DNA of 64,000 bases, from contig CAWKNZ010000002.1 of assembly GCA_963851265.1 (NCBI GenBank), positions 384,001 through 448,000 on the forward strand, written 5' to 3'. Below are positions 1 through 9,562 of the stretch, piece by piece. The number at the start of each line of letters is the position of its first letter. The first letter of the stretch is position 1. This DNA comes from an uncultured Gemmatimonadales bacterium (GTDB taxonomy: Bacteria; Gemmatimonadota; Gemmatimonadetes; Gemmatimonadales; Gemmatimonadaceae). The position numbers and the translations under genes are program-made. Below the pieces are notes generated by a model. It was not told the origin of the DNA and made no database searches. It saw only the letters and a list, made by a program, of their open reading frames with translations.

Positions 1-472
1 CGACGCGGCTCGCGTAGCGCAGCAGCCCGGGGGCGATGTGCGCTTCGTCGGGGTGGCCGCCGTCGAGCGCCACCGTGCTCAGCAGCGCCTCGTACGGCGA
101 CGGCCAGCCGGCCGCGTCGGCGGTGCCGCCGGCCGCGCGCTGCAGCGTGGCCGTCGCGGCGTCCCACCCGCGGCGGAGGACGTCCGCCGCCCGGTCGGCC
201 GCCACGCGCTCGGCGCGCAGAAACTCCGTGTCGATGGCGCCGAGGCGGGTGGCGATGACGGCGCTCCCGAGTTCGGCCTGCACGACCTCGTCCGGCGTCT
301 CGCCGGCGGCGAGGGCGCCCCAGGCACGCGCGAAGGCGCGCGCGGCCCACGAGCCCGCGCGCCCGGCCGCGTGCACGCGCTTGAGCGTGTTGCACTCGCG
401 CGCGAGCGGGACGAGCGCGGTCAGGTGCGGGCCGACCGCGGCCTCGTGGGGCGGATCGTGGGTGGAGTGCAC
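1..472 (-). CDS. Hypothetical protein downstream of inositol-3-phosphate synthase (runs off the window edge)
   Basis: Not in the ORF track. Manual translation from GTG at 472 gives MHSTHDPPHEAAVGPHLTALVPLARECNTLKRVHAAGRAGSWAARAFARAWGALAAGE..., open to position 1 with GC-rich third positions. Starts 6 nt after the ino1 stop. Confidence 0.7.
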   Translation of the reverse strand, partial: MHSTHDPPHEAAVGPHLTALVPLARECNTLKRVHAAGRAGSWAARAFARAWGALAAGETPDEVVQAELGSAVIATRLGAIDTEFLRAERVAADRAADVLRRGWDAATATLQRAAGGTADAAGWPSPYEALLSTVALDGGHPDEAHIAPGLLRYASRV

Positions 473-478
473 GCCGGC

Positions 479-1936
479 TCAGCGCGCCGAGGCCGCCGGC
501 GCCGTCGCGACGGGCCCGCGATCGTCGAGGGGGATCATGCCGTGCCCGTTCGCCTGCCCGTTCGCGTGCCCGTCGCCTCTCTCATGCGCGTGCGCAGTCG
601 CGGGGGCGTCCGCGCGCGCGTCGCCCTGCGCGGGCTCGCCGGCGAGCCACGCGACGAGGCGGCGCTGCTGCTCGGGGAAGGCGTGCTCCGGCGTCGCGCC
701 TAACACCTTCGTCCCGGGCTGCTTGAAGAAGACGCCGAGCTGCTCCTGAACGCCGCCCTGGCCGCGGCGCCGCGCAAGGTCGAGCGTGCGCGCGATCTCG
801 ATGACGAGTGGGGCGGCGAGGATCGAGTCCTTGCAGAGGAAGTTCAGCTTGAGCTGCATCTTCTGCCCGAGGAAGCCCTCGACGTCGATGGTGTCCCAGG
901 CCTCCTTGTTGTCGCCGCGCGGGCGGTAGTACTCGATGGTGACGACGTGGTCCTCGACGGGGTAGCCGAGGATGCCGTCGAGCACCGAGCCTTTGGTGCC
1001 GAGCTTGGACGAGAGCGAGTCCTTGTCGCGGAGGGCGAGCCCGTCGCGGTTGCCGAGGATGTTGTGCGAGTACCAGCCCTCGACGTGCAGCGCGCGGTCG
1101 CGCAGCGCGGGGGCGATCACGGTCTTCACGAACGTCTGACCGGTCTTGCCGTCCTTGCCGATGACGGGCACGCCGCGCTGCTCGGCCAGCTCCACGAGCG
1201 CGGGGACGTCGACGGCCACGCTCGGCGTGAAGTTGCCGTAGGGCACGCCCTCGCGGATGGCGGCGTACGCGTAGAGCACCGCGGGGTTGAGTGCGTCATC
1301 GTCGCGGTCGAGCGCGGCCTCGAAGCCGGCGGCCGTGGCGAAGGCGGGCGCGGTGACGTCGGGGCGGGCCTCGGTGGAGGCGAGGTTGATCATCACGACA
1401 TCGTCGAGCTGCTGCTCGGCGCGGAAGCGGCACAGGTCGGCGCGGATCGCGTCGACCGCCGCGCGGGCGGTGCCGGCGTCGACGCGGTGGCCGAAGCGGT
1501 CGCCGTCGATGTTGCGGCAGTACTTGGTGGAGCCGACGGCGGGCCACGGGCGGAGCGCGGCCAGGGCGTCGCGCGCGGCGTCGAGTTGGTCGCGGTCGAG
1601 GACGCGGTGCGTGGCCGCGGCGGTGGCGAGGTCGGACCCGTCGAGGTCCCAGCCGCCGAACGCGAGGTCTGCGTACGGCGCGAGCTGCGCCGTGAGGGCG
1701 TCGGGGAGGGCGGCCAGGGGCAGTCCGGTGGTGCCCGCGGCGCCGGCCCCGAGTAGCGCGATGCCGGCCACGGCGGTGGTCGCGACCGCGCCGCCGAGCC
1801 CTACGATCGCGATGCCGAGGCGCCCGGGCCGGCGTGCGCCCACCGGCGCGCCGTGATTGCTGCTGTCAGTTGCCGTACCACGCGCCGTGCTACGGTGTGC
1901 CGTACTACGGTCCTGCGGGTGCGTTCCGTTCTGCAT
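479..1936 (-). CDS. ino1: Inositol-3-phosphate synthase (myo-inositol-1-phosphate synthase)
   Basis: Motifs GLGGAVATT (Rossmann), FGGWD, NLASTE, YGNFTP, GKDGKTGQT, NILGNRDG, GDNKEAWD, DSILAAPL. ATG at 1936 follows a GAGGAGGAGG RBS. Confidence 0.93.
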   Translation of the reverse strand: MQNGTHPQDRSTAHRSTARGTATDSSNHGAPVGARRPGRLGIAIVGLGGAVATTAVAGIALLGAGAAGTTGLPLAALPDALTAQLAPYADLAFGGWDLDGSDLATAAATHRVLDRDQLDAARDALAALRPWPAVGSTKYCRNIDGDRFGHRVDAGTARAAVDAIRADLCRFRAEQQLDDVVMINLASTEARPDVTAPAFATAAGFEAALDRDDDALNPAVLYAYAAIREGVPYGNFTPSVAVDVPALVELAEQRGVPVIGKDGKTGQTFVKTVIAPALRDRALHVEGWYSHNILGNRDGLALRDKDSLSSKLGTKGSVLDGILGYPVEDHVVTIEYYRPRGDNKEAWDTIDVEGFLGQKMQLKLNFLCKDSILAAPLVIEIARTLDLARRRGQGGVQEQLGVFFKQPGTKVLGATPEHAFPEQQRRLVAWLAGEPAQGDARADAPATAHAHERGDGHANGQANGHGMIPLDDRGPVATAPAASAR

Positions 1937-2187
1937 GTCCTCCTCCTCCTCCGCGTCCCCACCCGGCCGCGCGCGCCGCCCGTTCGACGGCGCGGGGCGG
2001 GTCGAATGGACGGTACGCGGGCAGCGGTCGGCCACTCCGATCGCCGTGGCGGGGGGGTAGCAAGGCACGTTCCGCCATCGCCCCGCGCCGTGTAGCGTAC
2101 GGCGTTCTTCCCGTGGTTTTTATTGCGTGCCGCCCCGCGGGAACCGTTGGCGGCGTCGACGACATTCTCCCTTCTGCCCGCGTTCTC

Positions 2188-3549
2188 GTGACCGATCTCA
2201 CGGCGTATTTCGACGCGCACGCCGAGCGTGCGCGCGCCGAGCTGTTCGATTTCCTGCGCATCCCGAGCGTGAGCGCGCGCTCCGAGCACGATGCCGACAC
2301 TCGGCGCGCGGCCGAGTGGGTGCGCGCGTCGCTCGAGTCCGCCGGGCTGCAGGCTTCGGTGCACGAGACGGCGGGCCACCCGATCGTGCTCGGCGAGTGG
2401 CGCGGCGCGGCGGGCGCGCCGACGCTGCTCGTCTACGGCCACTACGACGTGCAGCCGGCCGAGCCGCTCGAGCTGTGGGACTCGCCCGCGTTCGAACCCG
2501 CGGTGCGCGACGGGCGCATCTATGCGCGCGGATCGGTGGACGACAAGGGGCAGCTGTTTCTCCACGTGAAGGCGCTCGAGGCGCATCTGGCCGCGACCGG
2601 CGCGCTGCCGGTGAACGTGATCGTGCTGGCCGAGGGCGAGGAGGAGGTGGGGAGCGAGCACCTCGCCGAGTTCATCCGCGCGCACGCCGATCGGCTCGCG
2701 TGCGACGCGGTGGTGATCTCCGACTCGACGATGTTCGCGCCGGGCATTCCCAGCATCCTCAGCTCGTTGCGCGGGCTGGCGTACTTCCAACTCGACGTCC
2801 AGGGGCCGAGCGGCGACCTGCATTCGGGGATGTACGGCGGGGCCGTGGTGAACCCGGCGATGGCGCTCGCGCGCATCCTCGCCACGTTCCACGACGCCGA
2901 CGGGCGGATCGCGATCCCGGGCTTCTACGATGCGGTGCGCGCCTGGCCGGCGTCGGTGCGCGAGCAGATGCGCGGGCTGCCGTTCGACGAAGGCGAGTTC
3001 CGCGCCGGCGTGGGCGCTCCGGCGTTAGGCGGCGAGCCGGGCTACTCGGTGCTCGAGCGGCTCTGGACGCGGCCGACGTGCGAGGTGAACGGGCTGCTGT
3101 CGGGGTACACGGGCGAGGGCGCCAAGACGGTGCTGCCGGCCACGGCGATGGCGAAGGTCAGCTGCCGCCTGGTGCCCGACCAGGACCCGGAGGAGATCGC
3201 GCGGTTGGTGCAGGCGCACGTGGAGCGGGTCGCGCCGGCGGGGGTGACGGTCGCCGTGCGGCACCTGCACGGCGGTCGGCCGTGGCGGGCGGATCTGGAG
3301 GGGCCCCTGTTCGACGCGGCGAAGCGTGCGCTCGCGGCGGAGTTCGGGCGCGAGCCGGTGGTGACCGGCGAGGGCGGGTCGATCCCGGTGGTCGGCGACT
3401 TCGCGGAGATCCTCGGCGCGCCGGTGTTACTCGTGGGGTTCGGGCTGCCGGGCGAGAACGCGCACGCGCCTAACGAGTGGATCTCGGTGGAGAACTTCGA
3501 GAAGGGGATGCGGGCGATGGCGCGGCTGTATACCGAATACGGGCGGTGA
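2188..3549 (+). CDS. M20 family dipeptidase / metallo-hydrolase
   Basis: Motifs YGHYDVQP, ARGSVDDKGQ, EGEEEVGS, DLHSG, GGSIP, HAPNE. GTG start inferred. Confidence 0.92.
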   Translation: MTDLTAYFDAHAERARAELFDFLRIPSVSARSEHDADTRRAAEWVRASLESAGLQASVHETAGHPIVLGEWRGAAGAPTLLVYGHYDVQPAEPLELWDSPAFEPAVRDGRIYARGSVDDKGQLFLHVKALEAHLAATGALPVNVIVLAEGEEEVGSEHLAEFIRAHADRLACDAVVISDSTMFAPGIPSILSSLRGLAYFQLDVQGPSGDLHSGMYGGAVVNPAMALARILATFHDADGRIAIPGFYDAVRAWPASVREQMRGLPFDEGEFRAGVGAPALGGEPGYSVLERLWTRPTCEVNGLLSGYTGEGAKTVLPATAMAKVSCRLVPDQDPEEIARLVQAHVERVAPAGVTVAVRHLHGGRPWRADLEGPLFDAAKRALAAEFGREPVVTGEGGSIPVVGDFAEILGAPVLLVGFGLPGENAHAPNEWISVENFEKGMRAMARLYTEYGR

Positions 3550-3563
3550 CGCTTCCCGAAAAC

Positions 3564-3593
3564 GGCACGGGGTCGCGCGCGCGGCCCCGTGCC
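3564..3593. terminator. GC-rich hairpin between convergent genes
   Basis: GGCACGGGGTCGCGC / GCGCGGCCCCGTGCC inverted repeat just after the peptidase stop. Confidence 0.6.
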
Positions 3594-3634
3594 CGTCGGT
3601 CAGCTCCGCCGGTCGATCCGGCGCGCCGGTCGAT

Positions 3635-4321
3635 TCAACGCGCCGCCTTGCGGCTGAACGTCCCGAACACCAGATCCCACAACGGCGAACTCACGCCGTA
3701 GTCCTCGTCGGCGTCGACGTAGTGGTGCCGCGCGTGACGCTTCTTGAGGTAGCGCCCCCAGCGCGTCGGCAGCCCCTGGTGGTGCACGGCGTAGTGGATC
3801 GTGTCGTAGAACAGGTAGCCCGTCACGAACCCCGCGAACGCCCCGAGCTCGGCCGCGCCGAAGATGAGGCGGAACAGCGCGAAGAAGAGGATCGCGAGCG
3901 GGATGCTCGCGCCCGGCGGCATCACGAGACGCGTCGGCTCGCTCGGCGCGACGTGATGCACGCCGTGACCGACGAAGTAGGCGAGGTGCTTCCACGACGG
4001 CATGCGCGGGATCGCCGCGTCGCCGGGGGCGAGCGACTCGACCACCGCGTGCGTCTCGTTCATGATGTCGTCCGGCCAGTGAAAGACGAACCGGTGCATC
4101 AGGTACTCGGTCAGCGTCCAGAGCAGCAGGCCGATGACGAAGAGCAGCGCCGTCCGCGCAGGGGCGGTCGGGGCGAGCCAGAGACACCCCGCGACGACCG
4201 GCACATAGAGCAGGTGCGGCACCCACGGCTGCACGTGGGTGAGGCGCTCCATGAAATCGCTTCGGAACATCCGGACCGTGGCAACCCCGGTCGTGGTCCC
4301 GGCAGAACGGGCGTCGCGCAT
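3635..4321 (-). CDS. Sterol desaturase / fatty acid hydroxylase family protein (FA2H-like)
   Basis: Di-iron His boxes EYLMHRFVFH, HGVHH, HYAVHH, HARHH; RLVMPP; YGVSSPLWDLVFGT. GGAG RBS. Confidence 0.9.
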   Translation of the reverse strand: MRDARSAGTTTGVATVRMFRSDFMERLTHVQPWVPHLLYVPVVAGCLWLAPTAPARTALLFVIGLLLWTLTEYLMHRFVFHWPDDIMNETHAVVESLAPGDAAIPRMPSWKHLAYFVGHGVHHVAPSEPTRLVMPPGASIPLAILFFALFRLIFGAAELGAFAGFVTGYLFYDTIHYAVHHQGLPTRWGRYLKKRHARHHYVDADEDYGVSSPLWDLVFGTFSRKAAR

Positions 4322-4465
4322 GGCAACTCTCCGACGATGGGGGAGGCCGCGCGTCGTGCAACGGCCCCTGGTGGCTGCCCGCAAGTTACGGACGACCAGC
4401 CCGGGGCCGCCACTGCACCCGTCCTCTGGACCCGATCTCTGGACCCGTCGTCGGGCCCGCCCGCG

Positions 4466-7400
4466 TCAGAACCGCCAGACGCGGACGAGGTAGATACCGA
4501 GCGCGCTGTTGGGGTCGATGGTCTGCGGCGCGAGCGTGGGCTGCATGAGGAAGTACCGCGGCGCCGACACGGCCTCGAGTGAGACGTTGGGCGACCTGGG
4601 GAAACGGTACTGTACGCGGAAGCCGGGCACCGGCGGCTTGGCGGCCCAGAACTCGGGCACCGTCTGCAATCCGACGTACAGGTTGCGGCTGAGGTACTTG
4701 CCGAACTCGATCTGCGTGCCGGTGAGGAACGTCTGCAGCCCCGACTGACTCGACCCGTTGGACTGTTCGGGGGCGAGCTCGCCGCCCGGGGTGATGTTGA
4801 TGACGTCGGCGCCGAGCGACCGGCCGAGCTCGGCCTGGGCCTGCTTCACGCCGATACCGACGGCCGCGCCGACCAGGCGCTGCTGGATGACGGCCGCAGC
4901 CGCGCCCACGGGCGACGCGCCGGTCGAACTCGTCGTGAGGCTCGACCCCCCGATCACCGGGAGTGAACCCGTAGGGTTGCCGAACGCGAGATAGCTCAGC
5001 AGGTCGGTCTGCGGGATCGGCGGCTGCGCGTCGCTCTCGAGCGCGATCTTGGGCGCGAGCAGCGTGCCGCCGATGATGATGCGGATCGCGAGCGGCGAGC
5101 GGCCGACCTGCGCGACCTCGTACTCGGCCGTGATCTGGACGTTGGGGTCGAGCTCCTGCGTGCCGACGAACGTGGCCGCGCCGCGGCGGATCTGGAAGCG
5201 TTTGGAGGAGAATTCGTACTCGCCGCGCTCGACGTCCACGACGCCGTCGACGACGAGCGCCTGGCGCGCGTTGTCGGCGCGCACGCGCAGGGCCCCGTCG
5301 CTGAAGATCTCGACGTTGGCCGTGGTGCCCTGGCGCACCCACGTATCGCGGTCGATGGCGACCGAGACGTCGGCCTGCAGGCTGTCGAGCACCGTCGGCG
5401 CGGTCGACACGAGTACCCCGGCCGCGCCGGGCGGGGCGACGCGCGTCGCCCCGCGGCGCGTCGTGTCGATCACGGCGAACACCGCCGGGTCGTTGGCCGA
5501 GAGCGTCTGCGTGGTGGTGGTGGCCGGGACGTAGATGGTGCCGCCGAGTACGCGCGCGCTGCCGGTGACGAGGAGGTGACTGAGCCGGCCCGCGATCGCG
5601 AGTCGGCCGTCCGCGTCGATGCGGCCCTGCTGATCGTCGAGCAGGCGGGCGCGGTTGGCGACGAACGTGAGGTCGAGTGTCGGGTCGGCGGGGGTGGTGA
5701 TCCCGACGCCGCCGGCGAGGCGCAGGGTGCCGCCGCCCGCCCGCGCCGCGACGGAGTCGACGACGAGCGTGTCGCCGCGCAGGTGGACCGCACCGGCGAG
5801 ATTCTGCAGCAGGGCGCCGGTCGAGACGAGGCGGAGCTGCGCGCCGCGCACGGTGACGTCGCCGGTGACGTCGGGCTTCTTCACCGTGCCGCGGATGGCG
5901 ACCGTCCCGTTGGCGGCGCCGCGGACTTCGGTGACCGACTCGGTGAAGCGCTCCGCGAGATCGAGTGGGAGCGAGTCGAGGCGGACGTCGGCCGTGACCG
6001 GGGCCGTGTCGGCGAGACGCGGCGTGGTGACCGCGCCGCCGCCCGGCGCCTGCAGTGCGAGGTTGATGGGCACCGTGGCCGTCGCGTCGAGGATCGGGCG
6101 CCGCCCGGTCGCGACCTGCGTGGTGTCGACGCGCACGCGGCGCGGGCCCAGGATCCCGAGGAACTTGCGCCGCCCGTACGTCGTGTCGACGACGAGGCCG
6201 TACGCGACGTTGGCGACCGCGTGTGCGCCGAGGCGCTGGTCGGCGTAGTCCGCCGAGGCGCTGAGGTCGGGGACGCTCGTGCCGCGGTAGGTGGCCCTGG
6301 TGAGGGCCGCCTCGGCCTTGAGGAGCGGGGCGGTTTGCGTACCCGTGAGGTGCGCGTCGAGCGAGACGAGGCCGCGGAACGGCACGTCGCTCTCGACGAT
6401 GCCCAGCGCATCGGCGACCTCGAAGTTGGTCACGCCGACGCGGAGGTCGACCGGGCCGGTGCTCGGCAGCCTGCCGTCGACGGCGATGCGACCGCCGAGG
6501 CCGTTGGCCAGATCCAGACCGAGGATCTCGAGCCCGCGCGGGCCGTAGCGCACCGCGCCTGGCTGCGTGGCCGCGTAGACGACCGTGTCGAAACGCAGGC
6601 GCAGGTCGGCGAAGCGCAGCTCCTTGCGGTCGCCGAGGATCGCGTAGTCGGCGCGCGCGTTGTACGAACGGCCGGTCTCCTGGAAGATCGCCACCTGCGC
6701 GGTCCCGCCCTGGCCGCGGTAGGTGCCGCGCACGTCGGCGCTGTCGAGCGCGAAGCCGCTCGCGAGGATCGAGTCGGCGGAGAGGCCGAAGGCGAGCGCG
6801 CCGTCGGCGGTGCTGGGGCCGCCGAGCCAGGTGTAGGCGACCCGCGCGCGGCGCACCGAGCTGCCGAGCGCGGTGAGGCCTTCGGCGCCGGCGCGCCCGC
6901 GGAGGTCGAAGCGTTTGATGTTGCCGGCGACGGTGCCCGCCGCGTAGACGGCGCCCGCGAGCGAGTCGCGGCGCACCGTCTTGAGGGTGTCGGGCGCGCG
7001 CAGGCGGACGACTTCCGAATCGCCGGCCGCGACGGCGACGGCGGTGCGGCGGAAGTGGGCCGCGCTGTCGGCGCGGGCCTGCGCGGTCAGGCGGGCGTTG
7101 AGCCCGGGCCGCGGCGCGACGGCCCCGGTGTCGCGCGGCAGGTAGCGGGCGAACGCGCCCAACGAATCGACGTTGGCGCGGTAGGAGAGCGTGCCGGTGC
7201 GGCCGGCCACGAGTCCGAAGCTCCCGGCCGCGTCGAGGGCGGCGCGCGGGGCGCGCACGGCGAGCGTGTTGACCGTGAGCACCCCCGCGCCGACGCCGAG
7301 TCGCGCGCGGAGCGAATCGACCGCGGCCGTATCGACCCGGAGGTCGTGCAGGTCGGCGGCGAGGGTGGCCTGCGCGGTGGCCGGGTCGGTGCCGCGCCCG

Positions 7401-9562
7401 CGCGCGGCGACGGTCCCCGACAGCGACGTGCGCACGCCCTTGGTCGAGATCGCGGCCGCGTCGAGCGCGTTGGGCCGCGCGACGACGTCGTACGTGGTGA
7501 CCTTGCCCACGCCGGCCGTGCCGCGGAGGGCGAGCGTACCGCCGTTCTGCCCGCGCGGGCCGGCGAAGCGCAGGGCCGCGTCGAACTGTACGTCTGACAG
7601 GGTGCCGCGCGCGCGCACCGGCCCGCTCACCGTCCCGATCAGCCCGGCCGACGGCGCGAAGCGGCCGGCCGTGGCGAGCGAGAGCGGTCGGAGGGTGACG
7701 TTCGCATCGAGGCGCGTGAGGCGCGAGCTGCCTGCGGACGCGGCGGTGGAGCGGCGCGCGCCGGCCGACCGGGTCGGCCGGGTGCCGACCGCCGCGACCA
7801 TCGTCTGCTGGGCGGCGGCGGCCCGCGACGCCTTGCCGCGCGCATCGTTCGGCGCCGCCGTGCTCTTCGCGGCGCGCGAGGCGACCTTGTCGGCGATCTT
7901 CGACGGCGCCGACGGCGCCGGCGCGAGCGCGACGGCGACCTCGCCCGTCACGCGCGACGTACCCGTGCGGTCGACGTGCGTGAGGTCGACGTCGTGCGCG
8001 CGGAGCGCCGTCAAGGTCGAGCCGTCGAGCGTCGCCGTACCGCGCAGCGTGCCGCCCACGGGCAGCGTCGGCGACACGCTGCGCGCGAGCGCGACGTCGA
8101 GCGGCCGCAGGGCCACGTGCAGCGCCTGCGCGCGGAACGCGCCGTCGTCGCCGAAGCCGAGCCCGCCGGCGGCGAGCAAGCGGCTTCGCCCGCCCGCGGC
8201 GGGGCCGCGCCCGCGTGCGTCGAAGGTGAGATCGGTGTTGAGCTGCAGCGCCTCGGCCGACCCCGTGGCGGCGAGGTGTCCGCCGACGGCGCCCTCGACC
8301 GGCGCCTTGAGCGTCGGCGAGAACACGCGGGCGAGCCCGGTCGTGAAGTTGGCGAAGGTGAGGTCGGTCGAGTCGACGCGTAGCGCGGGGGCGTGTGCGC
8401 TGTCCAGCAGTGCGAGCCCGACGCGGCCGCGCGCCGTGGCCTCGCCGCCCTCGGGGTCGGCGAGGCGGAGCGCGAGGTTGGTGGCCGCGTACTGCTGCGC
8501 GTGCGCGTAGAGCGCGGCGCGGAAGTCCGCGCTCGCCTGCCCGGCGGGGAGGGTCGGGTACGCCACGCGCACGTCGGCGAGCGACACCTGCGGCGCGCTG
8601 CCGCTGACGCGCAGGTCCCCGGTGTTCAGGTTGTAGTTGCCGGTCAGCGTGGCGCGCGACGCGGGCAGCTCGGCCGTCACGTTGCGGAACCAGAGCGAGT
8701 CGGTCGTGAGGTCGACCGCGCCGCGCGCCTGGCGCACCTGCACCGCGGGCGGGCGGAAGGGCAGACCCGTCAGCTGCAGCGATCCGACCTCGATGTGGCG
8801 GAACCCCTTACGGGACGGGTCGGCGATGCTGAGCAGGGGGAAGCTGCCGGTGAGGTCGCGGTACTCCTGCACGCGCTGATAGCCGTTGGGCATGCCCGGC
8901 ACGGCGACGACGAGCGCGCGCGACGCGGAGTCGAGCGCGACCCGGAGCGCGGAATCCTTCTGCGGCGGCGTGAGCGGCACGCCGCGCACCGAGTCGGGCG
9001 TCGCGTACGGCGTGCGCACGAGCACCCGGCCGCCGAACATCCGCGCGTTGTGGAGCACGACGTAGTCGCCGAACGCCGGTCCCTTGCTCGGCGGCTGCGT
9101 CGAGTCGGTCGGGAAGATCTGCTGCCAGTTCCACGGGCGCCCCGGCTTGCGGTCGAGCGTGACGTCGGGGCGGTAGAGCGTGAGGCTGTCGAGGATGATC
9201 TTCTTCGAGAGGAACGGCGAGAGTGCGTAGCGCACGTGCGCCGAATCGGTCGAGAAGAACGGCGCGCCCGACGAGTCGGTGATCGCGAGGTCGTGCACCG
9301 TGGCGCCGTTCAGCAGGTTGCCGCTGAGCCGCCCGATGCGGATCCGCCCGTGCACCGTGCCCGCGAGCGCGGCGACCACGCGGCGGCGGAGCTGCTCGCG
9401 TCCCCAGTCGGTGTTGGTCAGCACCAGCACGAGGCCGACGACGACGGCCGCGAGCGCGACCACCGCGCCGACGATCCACGCGAGCGCGCGGCGCAGCGGG
9501 TGATGCGCGCGGGGGGCGGGGGCGTCCGCGCCGCGCGCGCGGGGCGTGTCGGGGGCGGTCAT
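4466..9562 (-). CDS. tamB: Translocation and assembly module TamB (about 1698 aa)
   Basis: N-terminal TM anchor, long beta-rich body, C-terminal DUF490-like region (GEYEFSSKRFQIRRG, DLLSYLAFG, IEFGKYL). Start ATG overlaps the tamA stop (TGATG). Confidence 0.88.
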   Translation of the reverse strand: MTAPDTPRARGADAPAPRAHHPLRRALAWIVGAVVALAAVVVGLVLVLTNTDWGREQLRRRVVAALAGTVHGRIRIGRLSGNLLNGATVHDLAITDSSGAPFFSTDSAHVRYALSPFLSKKIILDSLTLYRPDVTLDRKPGRPWNWQQIFPTDSTQPPSKGPAFGDYVVLHNARMFGGRVLVRTPYATPDSVRGVPLTPPQKDSALRVALDSASRALVVAVPGMPNGYQRVQEYRDLTGSFPLLSIADPSRKGFRHIEVGSLQLTGLPFRPPAVQVRQARGAVDLTTDSLWFRNVTAELPASRATLTGNYNLNTGDLRVSGSAPQVSLADVRVAYPTLPAGQASADFRAALYAHAQQYAATNLALRLADPEGGEATARGRVGLALLDSAHAPALRVDSTDLTFANFTTGLARVFSPTLKAPVEGAVGGHLAATGSAEALQLNTDLTFDARGRGPAAGGRSRLLAAGGLGFGDDGAFRAQALHVALRPLDVALARSVSPTLPVGGTLRGTATLDGSTLTALRAHDVDLTHVDRTGTSRVTGEVAVALAPAPSAPSKIADKVASRAAKSTAAPNDARGKASRAAAAQQTMVAAVGTRPTRSAGARRSTAASAGSSRLTRLDANVTLRPLSLATAGRFAPSAGLIGTVSGPVRARGTLSDVQFDAALRFAGPRGQNGGTLALRGTAGVGKVTTYDVVARPNALDAAAISTKGVRTSLSGTVAARGRGTDPATAQATLAADLHDLRVDTAAVDSLRARLGVGAGVLTVNTLAVRAPRAALDAAGSFGLVAGRTGTLSYRANVDSLGAFARYLPRDTGAVAPRPGLNARLTAQARADSAAHFRRTAVAVAAGDSEVVRLRAPDTLKTVRRDSLAGAVYAAGTVAGNIKRFDLRGRAGAEGLTALGSSVRRARVAYTWLGGPSTADGALAFGLSADSILASGFALDSADVRGTYRGQGGTAQVAIFQETGRSYNARADYAILGDRKELRFADLRLRFDTVVYAATQPGAVRYGPRGLEILGLDLANGLGGRIAVDGRLPSTGPVDLRVGVTNFEVADALGIVESDVPFRGLVSLDAHLTGTQTAPLLKAEAALTRATYRGTSVPDLSASADYADQRLGAHAVANVAYGLVVDTTYGRRKFLGILGPRRVRVDTTQVATGRRPILDATATVPINLALQAPGGGAVTTPRLADTAPVTADVRLDSLPLDLAERFTESVTEVRGAANGTVAIRGTVKKPDVTGDVTVRGAQLRLVSTGALLQNLAGAVHLRGDTLVVDSVAARAGGGTLRLAGGVGITTPADPTLDLTFVANRARLLDDQQGRIDADGRLAIAGRLSHLLVTGSARVLGGTIYVPATTTTQTLSANDPAVFAVIDTTRRGATRVAPPGAAGVLVSTAPTVLDSLQADVSVAIDRDTWVRQGTTANVEIFSDGALRVRADNARQALVVDGVVDVERGEYEFSSKRFQIRRGAATFVGTQELDPNVQITAEYEVAQVGRSPLAIRIIIGGTLLAPKIALESDAQPPIPQTDLLSYLAFGNPTGSLPVIGGSSLTTSSTGASPVGAAAAVIQQRLVGAAVGIGVKQAQAELGRSLGADVINITPGGELAPEQSNGSSQSGLQTFLTGTQIEFGKYLSRNLYVGLQTVPEFWAAKPPVPGFRVQYRFPRSPNVSLEAVSAPRYFLMQPTLAPQTIDPNSALGIYLVRVWRF

